A stretch of DNA of 64,000 nt from Candidatus Obscuribacterales bacterium (GCA_038231015.1 JBBRMD010000014.1:31776-95775), one strand, 5' to 3'; shown: positions 19,184-28,134, counted from the first letter of the stretch. Numbers and translations: made by a program. The notes: a model not told the origin generated them from the sequence alone.

Positions 19184-20266
19184 TTAGTGAGTGTTCTTCA
19201 TGCGCTTTCTAATAGCTGGAAGTGCCTTCTCAGCAGCTTCTTCGCCAGATTTTATTGCTTCGATAAGATCGGCTTGATTGAAATTATGCAGATTGAGCTT
19301 GTCAGCATTTGGTTCGATGACAATGTCTGCTTGACCAGCTGGCTTGTCTTCAATTTCGGCCATGACAATGCCTATCAGTTGGTCGCCGTAACTCGAAAAT
19401 GTGTTGAATTTGCTTTGGTCGTTTCCTTTGAGAAACGAATGCAGTTTCACTGCCACCACTAATTGTGCCCCTACTGCTGTGGCCGGCTCTGTTGGTAAAT
19501 TGTTGCGTAGACCGCCGTCTACAAATAGTCTTCCTTCGCTCTCTACCGGCCTGTATAACAGTGGTACGCTACAGCTCGCTTGCACTGCCTTGCCGATATT
19601 ACCTTTGTCGAGCCAAACTGGTCTAGTGTCACCAAGGTTTACAGTTAGTGCCGCAAAGGGCGTCTTTAACTGCTCGATGTTTTCGATACCTGCTGGCAAG
19701 TTGTGGCTAATAAATTGAGCAATAGAGTTTCCGCTATAGAGGCCAATTTTCGGCTTCATAAATAGCAAACGCTTGAGCATATAAGGGGGAATTCCCAAGG
19801 CGGCCTTAAGTTTAAATGGAATCGGATAAAAGGCTTTTTGGAATTGTTTACTAATAATCAATTCTTCAATCTTGCTGGCTGGCACCCCGGCACAATAGAG
19901 GCTTCCTACTAATGAGCCAACGCTGCTTCCGACTAAAAAATCAACAGGGATTTTCTCCCGTTCAAAGACTTTGAGCACTCCCACATGGGCCGCACCCCGA
20001 GCGCCACCGCCAGCTAAGATTAGGGCAACCCTTGGATTTTTTACTTCACTGAGTAAGTTGCCTGTCTCAAGTGGCACAGCTGGTTGGTGAATTGACTCGC
20101 CTTCACCACTGGAAGGTGTAGTGTCTACAACCACTGTGGGCGCGCTAACCTGAGCCTCAACAGTCTGTCCTGGGCTGCAAAAGAGGTAACTAATTGCGAT
20201 AATTGCTAAAAATGCTGAGGATGCTAAAGGTCTATTGATTTTGTTGGTCATAAGGCGGTCTAACAT
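19184..20266 (-). CDS. patatin-like phospholipase
   Basis: Oxyanion GGGARGAAHVGVLKVFE, nucleophile elbow GSSVGS (GxSxG), and catalytic DGG (FVDGGLRNNLP). N-terminal signal or anchor. Confidence 0.85.
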   Translation of the reverse strand: MLDRLMTNKINRPLASSAFLAIIAISYLFCSPGQTVEAQVSAPTVVVDTTPSSGEGESIHQPAVPLETGNLLSEVKNPRVALILAGGGARGAAHVGVLKVFEREKIPVDFLVGSSVGSLVGSLYCAGVPASKIEELIISKQFQKAFYPIPFKLKAALGIPPYMLKRLLFMKPKIGLYSGNSIAQFISHNLPAGIENIEQLKTPFAALTVNLGDTRPVWLDKGNIGKAVQASCSVPLLYRPVESEGRLFVDGGLRNNLPTEPATAVGAQLVVAVKLHSFLKGNDQSKFNTFSSYGDQLIGIVMAEIEDKPAGQADIVIEPNADKLNLHNFNQADLIEAIKSGEEAAEKALPAIRKRMKNTH

Positions 20267-20359
20267 TGGTTACGACCTTTTCTGCTAGATTCTTTCATGA
20301 TATGACCAGACCCTGCTGCCTCAGGTTTGTTCCATCTTGGACTTTTGCAAGGAGAACTG

Positions 20360-21169
20360 ATGCCAATTGAACCGCAAGCAAATGCTGCTAATGACGATTT
20401 GAGCCCCGCTCAAATTGCCCAAGTGCTTCGTCTTAAGGCTTTGGCCGATCAGTGTTTTGGGCCGGTGGTAGTGGTCAGTCGCGGCAAACGACTTTCTTTC
20501 GTGGATCGTATTTCTGCCTTTCATGAGGGGCAGAAGTTGTTGGCAAGCGAGCGAGTATTGGCTTATGTTCTGCTCGAATATCTCAATGCTTCGATTGCTG
20601 CAAGTAAATTACCTGTTTTACTAGTTGATGGTACAACTTTTGAAGATGATGGCGCCGCTATCAATTATATTGGCCAATCAGAACCGCCAATAGAGCGTGA
20701 AAGCGAAATTTTAGAGTTGATTCAAGCTAAGCAAAAATCAGCTCGTCTGTATCAATATGGTGTTTCAATTTTTAGAGGCACCTCGTCTCCGAAAAACTTT
20801 TCACAAGCAAAAGAGTTGTGGCGCAAGCGCGCTGAGCTAGGCGATTTAGATTCGCAGTTCGCCATTGGCGATATACTTTATAGCGACAAAGAATACGAAG
20901 AAGCAGTAAAGTGGCTAGAAATGGCTGCTGGAGTTGGTCATACCGATGCTATATTTGCGTTAGGTCTTTGCTATTTAGATGGGCTTGGAGTGGAAAAGAA
21001 TCTTGAGAGAGCCTCCGGATGCGCCTTGTTGGCTGCTGAAAATGGTCATGCTCACGCGCAATACACTATTGGTATCACTGAAAAAGATCCCGCAGAGAAA
21101 AGACGCTGGTTAGAAAAGAGTGCCGCGCAAGGCTTCGCACCTGCTAAGAAAGCCCTAGCTGAAATCTAA
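20360..21169 (+). CDS. Sel1-like repeat protein
   Basis: The C-terminal half has Sel1 repeats (LGDLDSQFAIGDILY..., GHTDAIFALGLCYLDGLGVEKN..., GHAHAQYTIG..., AAQGFAPAKKAL). ATG 20360 is preceded by AAGGAGA. The maximal ORF starts at 20327. Confidence 0.7.
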   Translation: MPIEPQANAANDDLSPAQIAQVLRLKALADQCFGPVVVVSRGKRLSFVDRISAFHEGQKLLASERVLAYVLLEYLNASIAASKLPVLLVDGTTFEDDGAAINYIGQSEPPIERESEILELIQAKQKSARLYQYGVSIFRGTSSPKNFSQAKELWRKRAELGDLDSQFAIGDILYSDKEYEEAVKWLEMAAGVGHTDAIFALGLCYLDGLGVEKNLERASGCALLAAENGHAHAQYTIGITEKDPAEKRRWLEKSAAQGFAPAKKALAEI

Positions 21170-21170
21170 A

Positions 21171-22151
21171 CTATTGCTTGCCGTCCTTCATGTTGCTAAC
21201 AAGTCGAATACTTCCATCTATTTCAACGCAAAAGATCCAATTTGCTGTGGCAATATATTCTGGAAGCTGTGGCTGGCGCAAGAGTACATGAAAGACGTCG
21301 GTGTCTTCTGGCTCGTCTTCTAATATGGCAGAATGACAGCCTCCTTGAAGCTGGGCGCCACTTGGCAGTTCACCGCGCTTGGGCCAAGACAAGACAGTGC
21401 GATGCATCTGCCTGGTTTCTAATATTTTCTTGTCGCTCCTTGAAACAAGGTAGCGCACGTCACCGCCGAGTAAATAAACGCCAGGTTCTGTGGTGCCTGG
21501 AAATTGATAGACCCAGTAGGTGTTTTTGTTATTGTCGCCCTCGTTTGGAATAGCGGCATAGTTCATCATTGGTCCGGTGCTTTTCATTTTTGTTCGGCAA
21601 AGAGCAAGTGCTTGGGCGCGCTTAAAGAATTCTCCTTTGTCGAGTTTGAAAATGTCGTATGACTTTACTTCGGGCTCTGTATTGGGTTTGAGGGTTACTT
21701 CGTAGGCGATAAGAAAGCTTTCGTTGTCTTCGCTGAGGCTGCCGAAGGCAACGTGCCATACTTCGTGCTCGGGATAGGCGACGAATAGTTTGAAGCTGGC
21801 TGCATTTTTGACAGCAGCTAACAAGGCATCGGTGGCTTTGGCACAAGCTTTATCGTACTCGTAGAGATCTTTTCCTCTTTCTGTTATATGTGCTAACTGA
21901 GAGGCACTAGGAGGCTTCACGGTTCCAATAGCCAATGGCACTTCGGGTTGGCCTTGAGCCAATGCCGCTGCATGGTTGAGCAGAGTGTAGCTGCCAGAAA
22001 CTCCAAGCCACAGATAGCAGGCTGATGCCAGCGATATCAGTGATTTCTTCTCTAGTTTCTTAGCTGTTTTATTCATTAGGGCCTTACTTGATGCCTTCTT
22101 AGATGCCTTATTTGACAGTGTAATGCACAACTTGATGGGAAGCGAGTGCAT
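21171..22151 (-). CDS. exported hypothetical protein
   Basis: Long ORF with a signal-like segment (LISLASACYLWLGVSGSYTLLNHAAALA). An alternative start at 22076 is possible. No domain recognised. Confidence 0.5.
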   Translation of the reverse strand: MHSLPIKLCITLSNKASKKASSKALMNKTAKKLEKKSLISLASACYLWLGVSGSYTLLNHAAALAQGQPEVPLAIGTVKPPSASQLAHITERGKDLYEYDKACAKATDALLAAVKNAASFKLFVAYPEHEVWHVAFGSLSEDNESFLIAYEVTLKPNTEPEVKSYDIFKLDKGEFFKRAQALALCRTKMKSTGPMMNYAAIPNEGDNNKNTYWVYQFPGTTEPGVYLLGGDVRYLVSRSDKKILETRQMHRTVLSWPKRGELPSGAQLQGGCHSAILEDEPEDTDVFHVLLRQPQLPEYIATANWIFCVEIDGSIRLVSNMKDGKQ

Positions 22152-22202
22152 ATTTAATCTGATAGAGTGAACTTTTTTGATTCTTAGAGCGTCTATCTAC
22201 TT

Positions 22203-23315
22203 ATGAACAAGCACAGTAATAACTGGCTCTTCAAAGCTGTAAATATGGCAATGCTTCTCACTCTGGTGAGTGGCTCTCTTTGCCTTACTTCTTTAGCTGT
22301 TCTTTCACTAGCTGCTCCAGCTGCTCATGCGCAGAGCCAGTCAAAGCAACGAACACGTCTAGCGCGACCAGGCTATGTGCGCTCTTCTGAAGAAGAGTCG
22401 ACGATGTATGAAGGTGATAACAAGATATTTCCTGCAACGGCTCCTAATGATGGTCGACCGTTTACCCTTGGGGTTGAACACAAGCAAACTGCGTTGACTT
22501 CTTCGGTTGAGCAAGCGCCACCGCTCAATAGTTCAGCTCTACTGAATGATGCTTCTTTAAAATCTCAGTCTGGCGTCTTTGATAAGCCGGTCACCACGAT
22601 GTTTGCGCTGCAAGATTCACGCAGTGCCCTCAAGGGCAACTTGTCTAAAGATAGTAAGAATATCCCTACTTTGTCTGTCCAGCTCCTCTCAAACTTCGAT
22701 TTAGAGCTTATTGTTGATTCGTCTTTATCGATGCGCCGGCTTGATTGTCCGAACTTCTTGTCACGCTGGGAGTGGTGCGGTGAACAAACTAAAGAGTTAT
22801 CGCGCGCTTTGGTTCCCTTTGTGCCGAAGGGCCTCACTCTCACCTCTTTTGCTTCAGAATTTGACGTCTATCCAAATTCTAATCCAGCTCGAATCAACGA
22901 CTTGTTCGAAAACCCTGCTTTTATGCGGGGCACCAAGTTGGCAGAACCATTAGAAGATAGGTTCTCTAACTTTTTTTCTAAGAGAAAACCTGGTTCGAAA
23001 CCTATGCTCATAGCTGTTATTACAGACGGCGTACCTAGTCCAAAATACGAACCAATGATGGTAGTGCAAACTTTGGTCAATGCTACCAAACGTATGAAAA
23101 GTGCAAATGAAGTGACAGTGGTGTTCTTTCAAATTGGCGGAGCCGACGAGAAAGGTCGGCGTTTTTTAAGTGAGCTAGATTACAATTTGGTCAAGTATGG
23201 TGCGCGGTTTGATATTGTTCGCACGGTCTCGTTCGAGCATCTGCAGCAAGTGGGTCTCTCTCAAGCGCTAGTGCAGGCTGTTCAAGATTTCGCTAAACAG
23301 AATCAAACCAAATAG
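22203..23315 (+). CDS. exported von Willebrand factor A (VWA)-like domain protein
   Basis: Signal peptide. MIDAS DxSxS (LIVDSSLSM), GTKLAEPL, and VITDGVPS in the canonical order. Confidence 0.65.
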   Translation: MNKHSNNWLFKAVNMAMLLTLVSGSLCLTSLAVLSLAAPAAHAQSQSKQRTRLARPGYVRSSEEESTMYEGDNKIFPATAPNDGRPFTLGVEHKQTALTSSVEQAPPLNSSALLNDASLKSQSGVFDKPVTTMFALQDSRSALKGNLSKDSKNIPTLSVQLLSNFDLELIVDSSLSMRRLDCPNFLSRWEWCGEQTKELSRALVPFVPKGLTLTSFASEFDVYPNSNPARINDLFENPAFMRGTKLAEPLEDRFSNFFSKRKPGSKPMLIAVITDGVPSPKYEPMMVVQTLVNATKRMKSANEVTVVFFQIGGADEKGRRFLSELDYNLVKYGARFDIVRTVSFEHLQQVGLSQALVQAVQDFAKQNQTK

Positions 23316-23330
23316 AATCAAACCAAATAG
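23301..23330. repeat. perfect tandem duplication of 15 nt (AATCAAACCAAATAG x2) spanning the stop codon of the VWA gene
   Basis: Read directly. In frame it reads NQTK* NQTK* K*. Confidence 0.9.
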
Positions 23331-23339
23331 AAGTAAATG

Positions 23340-24377
23340 CTACTGGGCGTTGAATACTTTCACAAGGGCGTCAGTTAGTTCGTCCATAAAATAATAATCG
23401 TGTGCGCCGCCATAACGTTGAACTGCACCACCAAATTGGCTTTTGAAGTTTGAGAAGCGTCCATAAGGGTGGCTTGGTGAGCAGAATTGCTCGAACCCAT
23501 AAAAATCATATTCACTGCAACCAGCAGCTTTTGCTCTATTGATCGCTTCCCATTGCAGCGCATAGCCAGTCATTAAGTGGCGCTTGCTGTTGCTGATGCC
23601 ACCGTATAAATAAGTGCTCTTCTGGCCAAAAATAATTTGCACGAGGCCGCCTATAACTTCGCCTTCGTGTTCTGCAATAATTAGCTGGGCGAGCTTATTG
23701 CTTATAAGAGTATTGGTCAGTTCGAGAAAGAAAGAGGCCGGTTCTACCGTGAAGTGGTCACGGCGAGCTGTGATCTCCAAAATTGGGTAGAAGCTATCTA
23801 TCATCTCTGCGGGGGTGCCACTGCGCACGGTGACTCCCTTGCGGGAAGAAAGGCGAATGTTATACCTCCCTTTTGTTTTCATTTGGGCCAATATTGTTTC
23901 GTGCGACTGGCTAATGTCAAGGCAGAGTGTCTCTATTGGCACAAGATCGATTGGCGCACGACCAAATTCTACTAGCAAGTCGGGTAAAGGCCTCGGCAAT
24001 ATTGGTTCGATACGCAAACCAATCAGGCCTTTTTCTTTGGCTTCGCATTCGCTGGCGCTGATAATTAAACCGAGGCATTTTCTCGCCAGTTCATTGTCTT
24101 GCCAGGGCAGCACCGGTCCATGAGGAGCCACTAGAAATCCGGGATTGCTGCCTGCTGCATAGTAGAAAATGCTTCCAGCTAGGAGTTCTTCACCTTGAAA
24201 AACTCCTAGACGCAGATGTTTAAGGCCCTGGTTTTCTTTGAACTGAGCCCACTCAATACTCTGCATAAAGCCGCTAGCAGAATTGTTTGCTACTAGCCTA
24301 TTCCATTGCTTAGAGCTAGGCGTACCTAGCTCTAAGCTTTTCATCTGGCGCAGATCAAGGGCAGCGTCACAATCCAT
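23340..24377 (-). CDS. FemAB-family / peptidoglycan-bridge-formation-like acyltransferase (GNAT fold)
   Basis: N-terminal FMQSIEWAQFKENQG and C-terminal YLYGGISNSKRHLMTGYALQWEAINRAKAAGCSEYDFYG resemble FemX/FemAB-type proteins. The start codon directly abuts the stop of the upstream gene (24377/24378). Confidence 0.7.
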   Translation of the reverse strand: MDCDAALDLRQMKSLELGTPSSKQWNRLVANNSASGFMQSIEWAQFKENQGLKHLRLGVFQGEELLAGSIFYYAAGSNPGFLVAPHGPVLPWQDNELARKCLGLIISASECEAKEKGLIGLRIEPILPRPLPDLLVEFGRAPIDLVPIETLCLDISQSHETILAQMKTKGRYNIRLSSRKGVTVRSGTPAEMIDSFYPILEITARRDHFTVEPASFFLELTNTLISNKLAQLIIAEHEGEVIGGLVQIIFGQKSTYLYGGISNSKRHLMTGYALQWEAINRAKAAGCSEYDFYGFEQFCSPSHPYGRFSNFKSQFGGAVQRYGGAHDYYFMDELTDALVKVFNAQ

Positions 24378-27032
24378 TTAGTTTTGGAATGTGGTCATGA
24401 GCTTGTTCAGGGCGGCAGTCTCAGCAGGCATGCTGTTTATCTCAGCCTGAACCGAATCTACTCGTTTTTGAGCATTTCTGATTTGATTGCCTAAGCGCCG
24501 AATAGCTTCAGCTCGCGGAACTTGTTTGGTTCCAAACTGAACCATATCTTGGCCTTGGCCCTGAACTTGATTCTGATTTTGCCCCTGTTGCAAGTTGTTC
24601 AGGCGGGTGGTCATTTTATCCACATGACCCTGAGCTTCTTGCATTTCTTGATTGAGACTATCGCTATGAGCACCGCTATCTTTCGCCAGGCTGGCTAAAT
24701 ATGAAGCCAAAATTGCCGTTAATTCTTTCGGGTATGGCTCTTTTAGTTTTGTGGTGCCCTCATCGCTATACCAGTGGTGCCCGTCGAGGTAGATCAGCTG
24801 CCCGTCAGCTTTCTTCAGAATGGCATATTTGCCACTAGCGTCTGCCCATGCGCTGTTGAACAGTTCGATAGCACCTGATACTGGGGCCTCTTGTTGCTCT
24901 GGCGGTCTGTCCTGTGGATCGCTGAAGCTTTGCTCTGCTTTCTCTAAAAGCATCGAAGTGCTTTGCATGTTTTGTACTTCGGAAGCATCGCGTGGGCTTC
25001 CAGAATTGTCGCCCTTGTCATTGTCATCACTGCTATCGTCGTTGTTGGCAGCCGAATCACTGTTAGAATTAGAAACATTACTTTGTGAAGAGCGTCGCAA
25101 TCCATCGGCTTGTTGCTTCAATTCTGAGGCAATGTGCCAAGTCAAAGTAGGGTTGCTAAACAACGAGATAATGGTTCTTCCACTTTGTTGATCGATCAAG
25201 TCTGAGCTACTTGCCGTTACTCGCATATAGGCAGTGTCAGTAATTGGCATGACCGTAGCACCGCTTGCCAGAATGTCGACGTCAGGACCGAGTCTATATG
25301 CCGAGTTAAGCAAGTTACTGCTAACCGATGTGGAGGCAGTATCTTTGTTGTTTTCAGGCGTTGGATTGTAAGTCTGAATGTTTTTGTTTAAGCCGTCGGC
25401 ACTATTATTGTAGTTATATTGCCTTGAAGGATATTGGTTGCCTTGGCTGTCTACCGATTGGTTATTGCTACCAAAGTTTAGGTTTATGAATCCAGGACCA
25501 GTGGCATAGTTGAGCGGGTTATACCAGCCGCCGACACCCCAACCGCCTCCCCATCCGCCACCCCAACCACCGCCCCAGCCATGATAGCCCCAGTGGTTCC
25601 AATGGTCAGCGCGTGCCCAGCCGCCCCAGTGCCCACGATCAGCACCCCAGCCACGGTTCCAGCCTCTGTTCCCACGGTCACCATTAAAGCCGCGACCGCC
25701 ATCGCCTCGATCGCCGCGGTTACCATCGCCTCGATCACCACGATTGCCGCCGCCACGGTTGCCTTCGTGCCCTCCTTCGTGTCCACCTCCGCCGCCACCG
25801 CCTTTGCCGTAAGCTGAGTCAGGGAAGATGAAGTTGGCGAGAATGACGACTACAGCGAGAGTCGTAAGCACTCTTTTGCCAAGATGGAGAAGTGACTCCC
25901 AATCGCCGGCCCAATCAACCAGCTTCTCTTTTAGTAGGTGGAGTTCGTTGACAATGCGCAACGGTAGTTCTGCTGCTCGTTTAAGCAGAGAGTCTACTAA
26001 AGCTTTTAGATCGAGCGCTTCGAGAAATGAACCTGGCTCGACGAGAAAACGCGATAGTAGGCGCCTTGTCTTCTGCGGCTGCAAACCAGGCATGAGGCTG
26101 ATCACGTCTTCAAATAGCTCTTGCTGATAGGCATTTTTACTTGCTTGAGCGACTACTTGAGGCATGGTTTTGTAGTCGGCTGTTAAGGCATTGAAGAAGG
26201 CACTACTTGCGGTGACACTATCAATCGGTTTGTCTGTTTCTAAGTAGGTTAAGAATATTGAATTGCCGTGCTGTTCCGGTAAAGATATAGCCTGTATATT
26301 TTCAAAGTCATTAGGGAACAAAAAGAGACTTTCGAAGTTGCTTAGCTCTCTTGCTTCTATTGGTCTTTGGCCCTGGCTTGCTAGCAAGAAGCCCCAATCT
26401 GGTCCATAGCCCAATTCACTGAAGGAAGGGATACTGACCCGGTAAGGGCGGCAATCTAGGCCAGCGGCTCGCACACTGTTGAAGATGCTCCAGAAAGCAT
26501 TCGGTGTATTTGACGGTGAAACACCGTTAGTAGCGAGAATGCCTTCTTCAGTCAAAAGCGCCGCTAAAGATCTGTACCATTCAACACTATGAAATTTGGC
26601 ACTTGCTGCATCGCTGGCTACTGTAAGGTCGACTAAAATTAAATCGTAGTTCTTTGCTGCTTTTTGGCAGTCTTCGACAAAGTGCCAAGCGTCAGTGACG
26701 TGCACGGTCATGCGGCTGTCGCTCAGGCTGTTGCCGTTCAGTTGACTAAATTCACCTTTAGCTAAATCTAAAATTTCTGGGTCGTAGTCGACTAAATCTA
26801 TTGCTCTGACCTGCTTTGACTTAAGCAATTCTCGTGCGGATAGACCGTCTCCGCCTCCAATGACAAGTACCCTTAGGGAAGTTAGGCGCTGCTCGGCTAT
26901 TCTCAAGGCTGGCAAGGCCAAGCCTTCGTGATAAATTTTTTCGTCCTGTTGATCAAATTGCAGATCGCCGTCAATAAAGAGGGCTACAGTGCCGTCAGGA
27001 CGGCGATTGACGAAAGTTGACATGCGTTTCAA
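24378..27032 (-). CDS. spermidine-synthase-like (PABS/class I MTase fold) N-domain, TM, and exported G/W/R/H-rich and N/S/Q-rich C-terminal region
   Basis: Residues 1-220 show FIDGDLQF...IYHE...VLVIGGGDGLSARELLK...IDLVDYDPEILDLAK...YDLILVDL. One TM (VLTTLAVVVILANFIFP). Then GGGGGGGHEGGHEGNRGGGNRGDRGDGNRGDRGDGGRG...GWGGGWGGGWGGGWG. Confidence 0.7.
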   Translation of the reverse strand: MKRMSTFVNRRPDGTVALFIDGDLQFDQQDEKIYHEGLALPALRIAEQRLTSLRVLVIGGGDGLSARELLKSKQVRAIDLVDYDPEILDLAKGEFSQLNGNSLSDSRMTVHVTDAWHFVEDCQKAAKNYDLILVDLTVASDAASAKFHSVEWYRSLAALLTEEGILATNGVSPSNTPNAFWSIFNSVRAAGLDCRPYRVSIPSFSELGYGPDWGFLLASQGQRPIEARELSNFESLFLFPNDFENIQAISLPEQHGNSIFLTYLETDKPIDSVTASSAFFNALTADYKTMPQVVAQASKNAYQQELFEDVISLMPGLQPQKTRRLLSRFLVEPGSFLEALDLKALVDSLLKRAAELPLRIVNELHLLKEKLVDWAGDWESLLHLGKRVLTTLAVVVILANFIFPDSAYGKGGGGGGGHEGGHEGNRGGGNRGDRGDGNRGDRGDGGRGFNGDRGNRGWNRGWGADRGHWGGWARADHWNHWGYHGWGGGWGGGWGGGWGVGGWYNPLNYATGPGFINLNFGSNNQSVDSQGNQYPSRQYNYNNSADGLNKNIQTYNPTPENNKDTASTSVSSNLLNSAYRLGPDVDILASGATVMPITDTAYMRVTASSSDLIDQQSGRTIISLFSNPTLTWHIASELKQQADGLRRSSQSNVSNSNSDSAANNDDSSDDNDKGDNSGSPRDASEVQNMQSTSMLLEKAEQSFSDPQDRPPEQQEAPVSGAIELFNSAWADASGKYAILKKADGQLIYLDGHHWYSDEGTTKLKEPYPKELTAILASYLASLAKDSGAHSDSLNQEMQEAQGHVDKMTTRLNNLQQGQNQNQVQGQGQDMVQFGTKQVPRAEAIRRLGNQIRNAQKRVDSVQAEINSMPAETAALNKLMTTFQN
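25524..25805 (-). repeat. coding low-complexity tract: poly-Gly, (GNRGDRGD)n, (GGGW)n
   Basis: Translated residues 410-503 of the 884-aa protein. The DNA shows short GC-rich direct repeats. The antisense ORFs in the track here are artefacts. Confidence 0.8.
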
Positions 27033-27134
27033 TTTCTCGTTTTAGGAAGTCTTGTTAATGTAGCCCACTGGCATCAATTCAACATTAAAGAAGAGGTTTT
27101 AATACTGCTCTTGCGGACATGATCTATACTTCTC

Positions 27135-28109
27135 TTGACGACTTTTCTCCGGCTGAGCGAGAGTGTCTTCAGATTCTTTAGGTGGCTCTTGAATTTTCAC
27201 AAAAACATTTTGGTCGGCAGCTTATTGCTCGCCTCTGCAAATCCAGTTTTAGCTGGAGAGGTTAAGAGCGAACAGTCAGCAGCGCTTGAAGTTCCTCCAG
27301 TGGCAATTGTCGTTAATAAAGACCAAAAAACTAAAGTGGTTAAGGTCGTTGGAGCCAAGGTAGTCAAAGAAAAGAGACCTTTTTATCTCAATCCCTTCAA
27401 GCGCATAGCTCATGACAGCAGGATGATTTTGACGCCGCTGATTGAGAATGTCGGTGTGCCACTAAAAGCTACTGAAGATAATCTGAAAGCTTTGCAAGCC
27501 CCTCTGCACAATCTTGAAGAACCACTAGTTGGTATCAAGACTACTGTGGGCGAGTTGCGAGAACCGCTAGAAGATTTGAAGAAGCCAATGACTGAAGTGA
27601 AGCAGCCAATTATTGAGTTGCGCAAACCTATTGCTGCTCTCAAGCAACCAATATCAGATTTGCGTAAGCCTATTGCTGACCTATCTAAGCCTATAGAGCA
27701 ACTCAATGTGCCTCTCGATCATTTGCAGCGCACCATGAAGTCTCTACCCCAACCAATTGAGAATTTAGTTCAGCCGCTCGATCAGCTAAGAAAGCCACTT
27801 GATGATATCGCCGCTCCTTTGTCAAATCTTGAGCCAAGCGTGCGTAATTTGGCTCCACCTGTGCATCAATTGTCTGACTCAGTAACTCAGCTTCATCTTG
27901 AAGTGGCATCACTCTCAAGCGAAATGAAAGCAACGCGTAAATCAGTTTTAGATATCTGTATTTACATCAGTTTGGCTATTGTTTTGGGGTGCGCAATGAT
28001 CTCAGGCACATTGATTTGGCTGATCAAGCACTTCGCCAGAAATTATGGTCTCAGCCCTGCTCGAGCTGTGCGCTTTGTCTCTAATCCCGACGAAGTGAAA
28101 CATAAGTAG
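27135..28109 (+). CDS. type-I membrane protein built of about 20 proline-punctuated heptad repeats (P-[IL]-x-x-L-x-x)
   Basis: The track start is TTG 27135. TTG 27189, preceded by AGGTGG, gives a clean signal peptide (MNFHKNILVGSLLLASANPVLAG). The repeats are followed by a C-terminal TM (ICIYISLAIVLGCAMISGTLIWLI) and a basic tail. Confidence 0.6.
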   Translation: MTTFLRLSESVFRFFRWLLNFHKNILVGSLLLASANPVLAGEVKSEQSAALEVPPVAIVVNKDQKTKVVKVVGAKVVKEKRPFYLNPFKRIAHDSRMILTPLIENVGVPLKATEDNLKALQAPLHNLEEPLVGIKTTVGELREPLEDLKKPMTEVKQPIIELRKPIAALKQPISDLRKPIADLSKPIEQLNVPLDHLQRTMKSLPQPIENLVQPLDQLRKPLDDIAAPLSNLEPSVRNLAPPVHQLSDSVTQLHLEVASLSSEMKATRKSVLDICIYISLAIVLGCAMISGTLIWLIKHFARNYGLSPARAVRFVSNPDEVKHK

Positions 28110-28134
28110 TAGTTGTGAAACATAAGTAGTAGTT
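28095..28134. repeat. perfect tandem duplication of 20 nt (GTGAAACATAAGTAGTAGTT x2, then partial GTAAAACA) spanning the double stop of the heptad-repeat gene
   Basis: Read directly. The gene ends ...E V K H K * * at 28107-28112. Confidence 0.9.

Noticed and set aside
25484-25817. Two track ORFs (25484-25798 minus, off-frame, and 25581-25817 plus) inside the Gly/Trp/Arg-rich tract.
   Set aside because: They lie entirely within the 884-aa gene. They arise from GC-rich repetitive codons that are open in several frames, and their products are low-complexity A/T/V/G strings. I treat them as artefacts.
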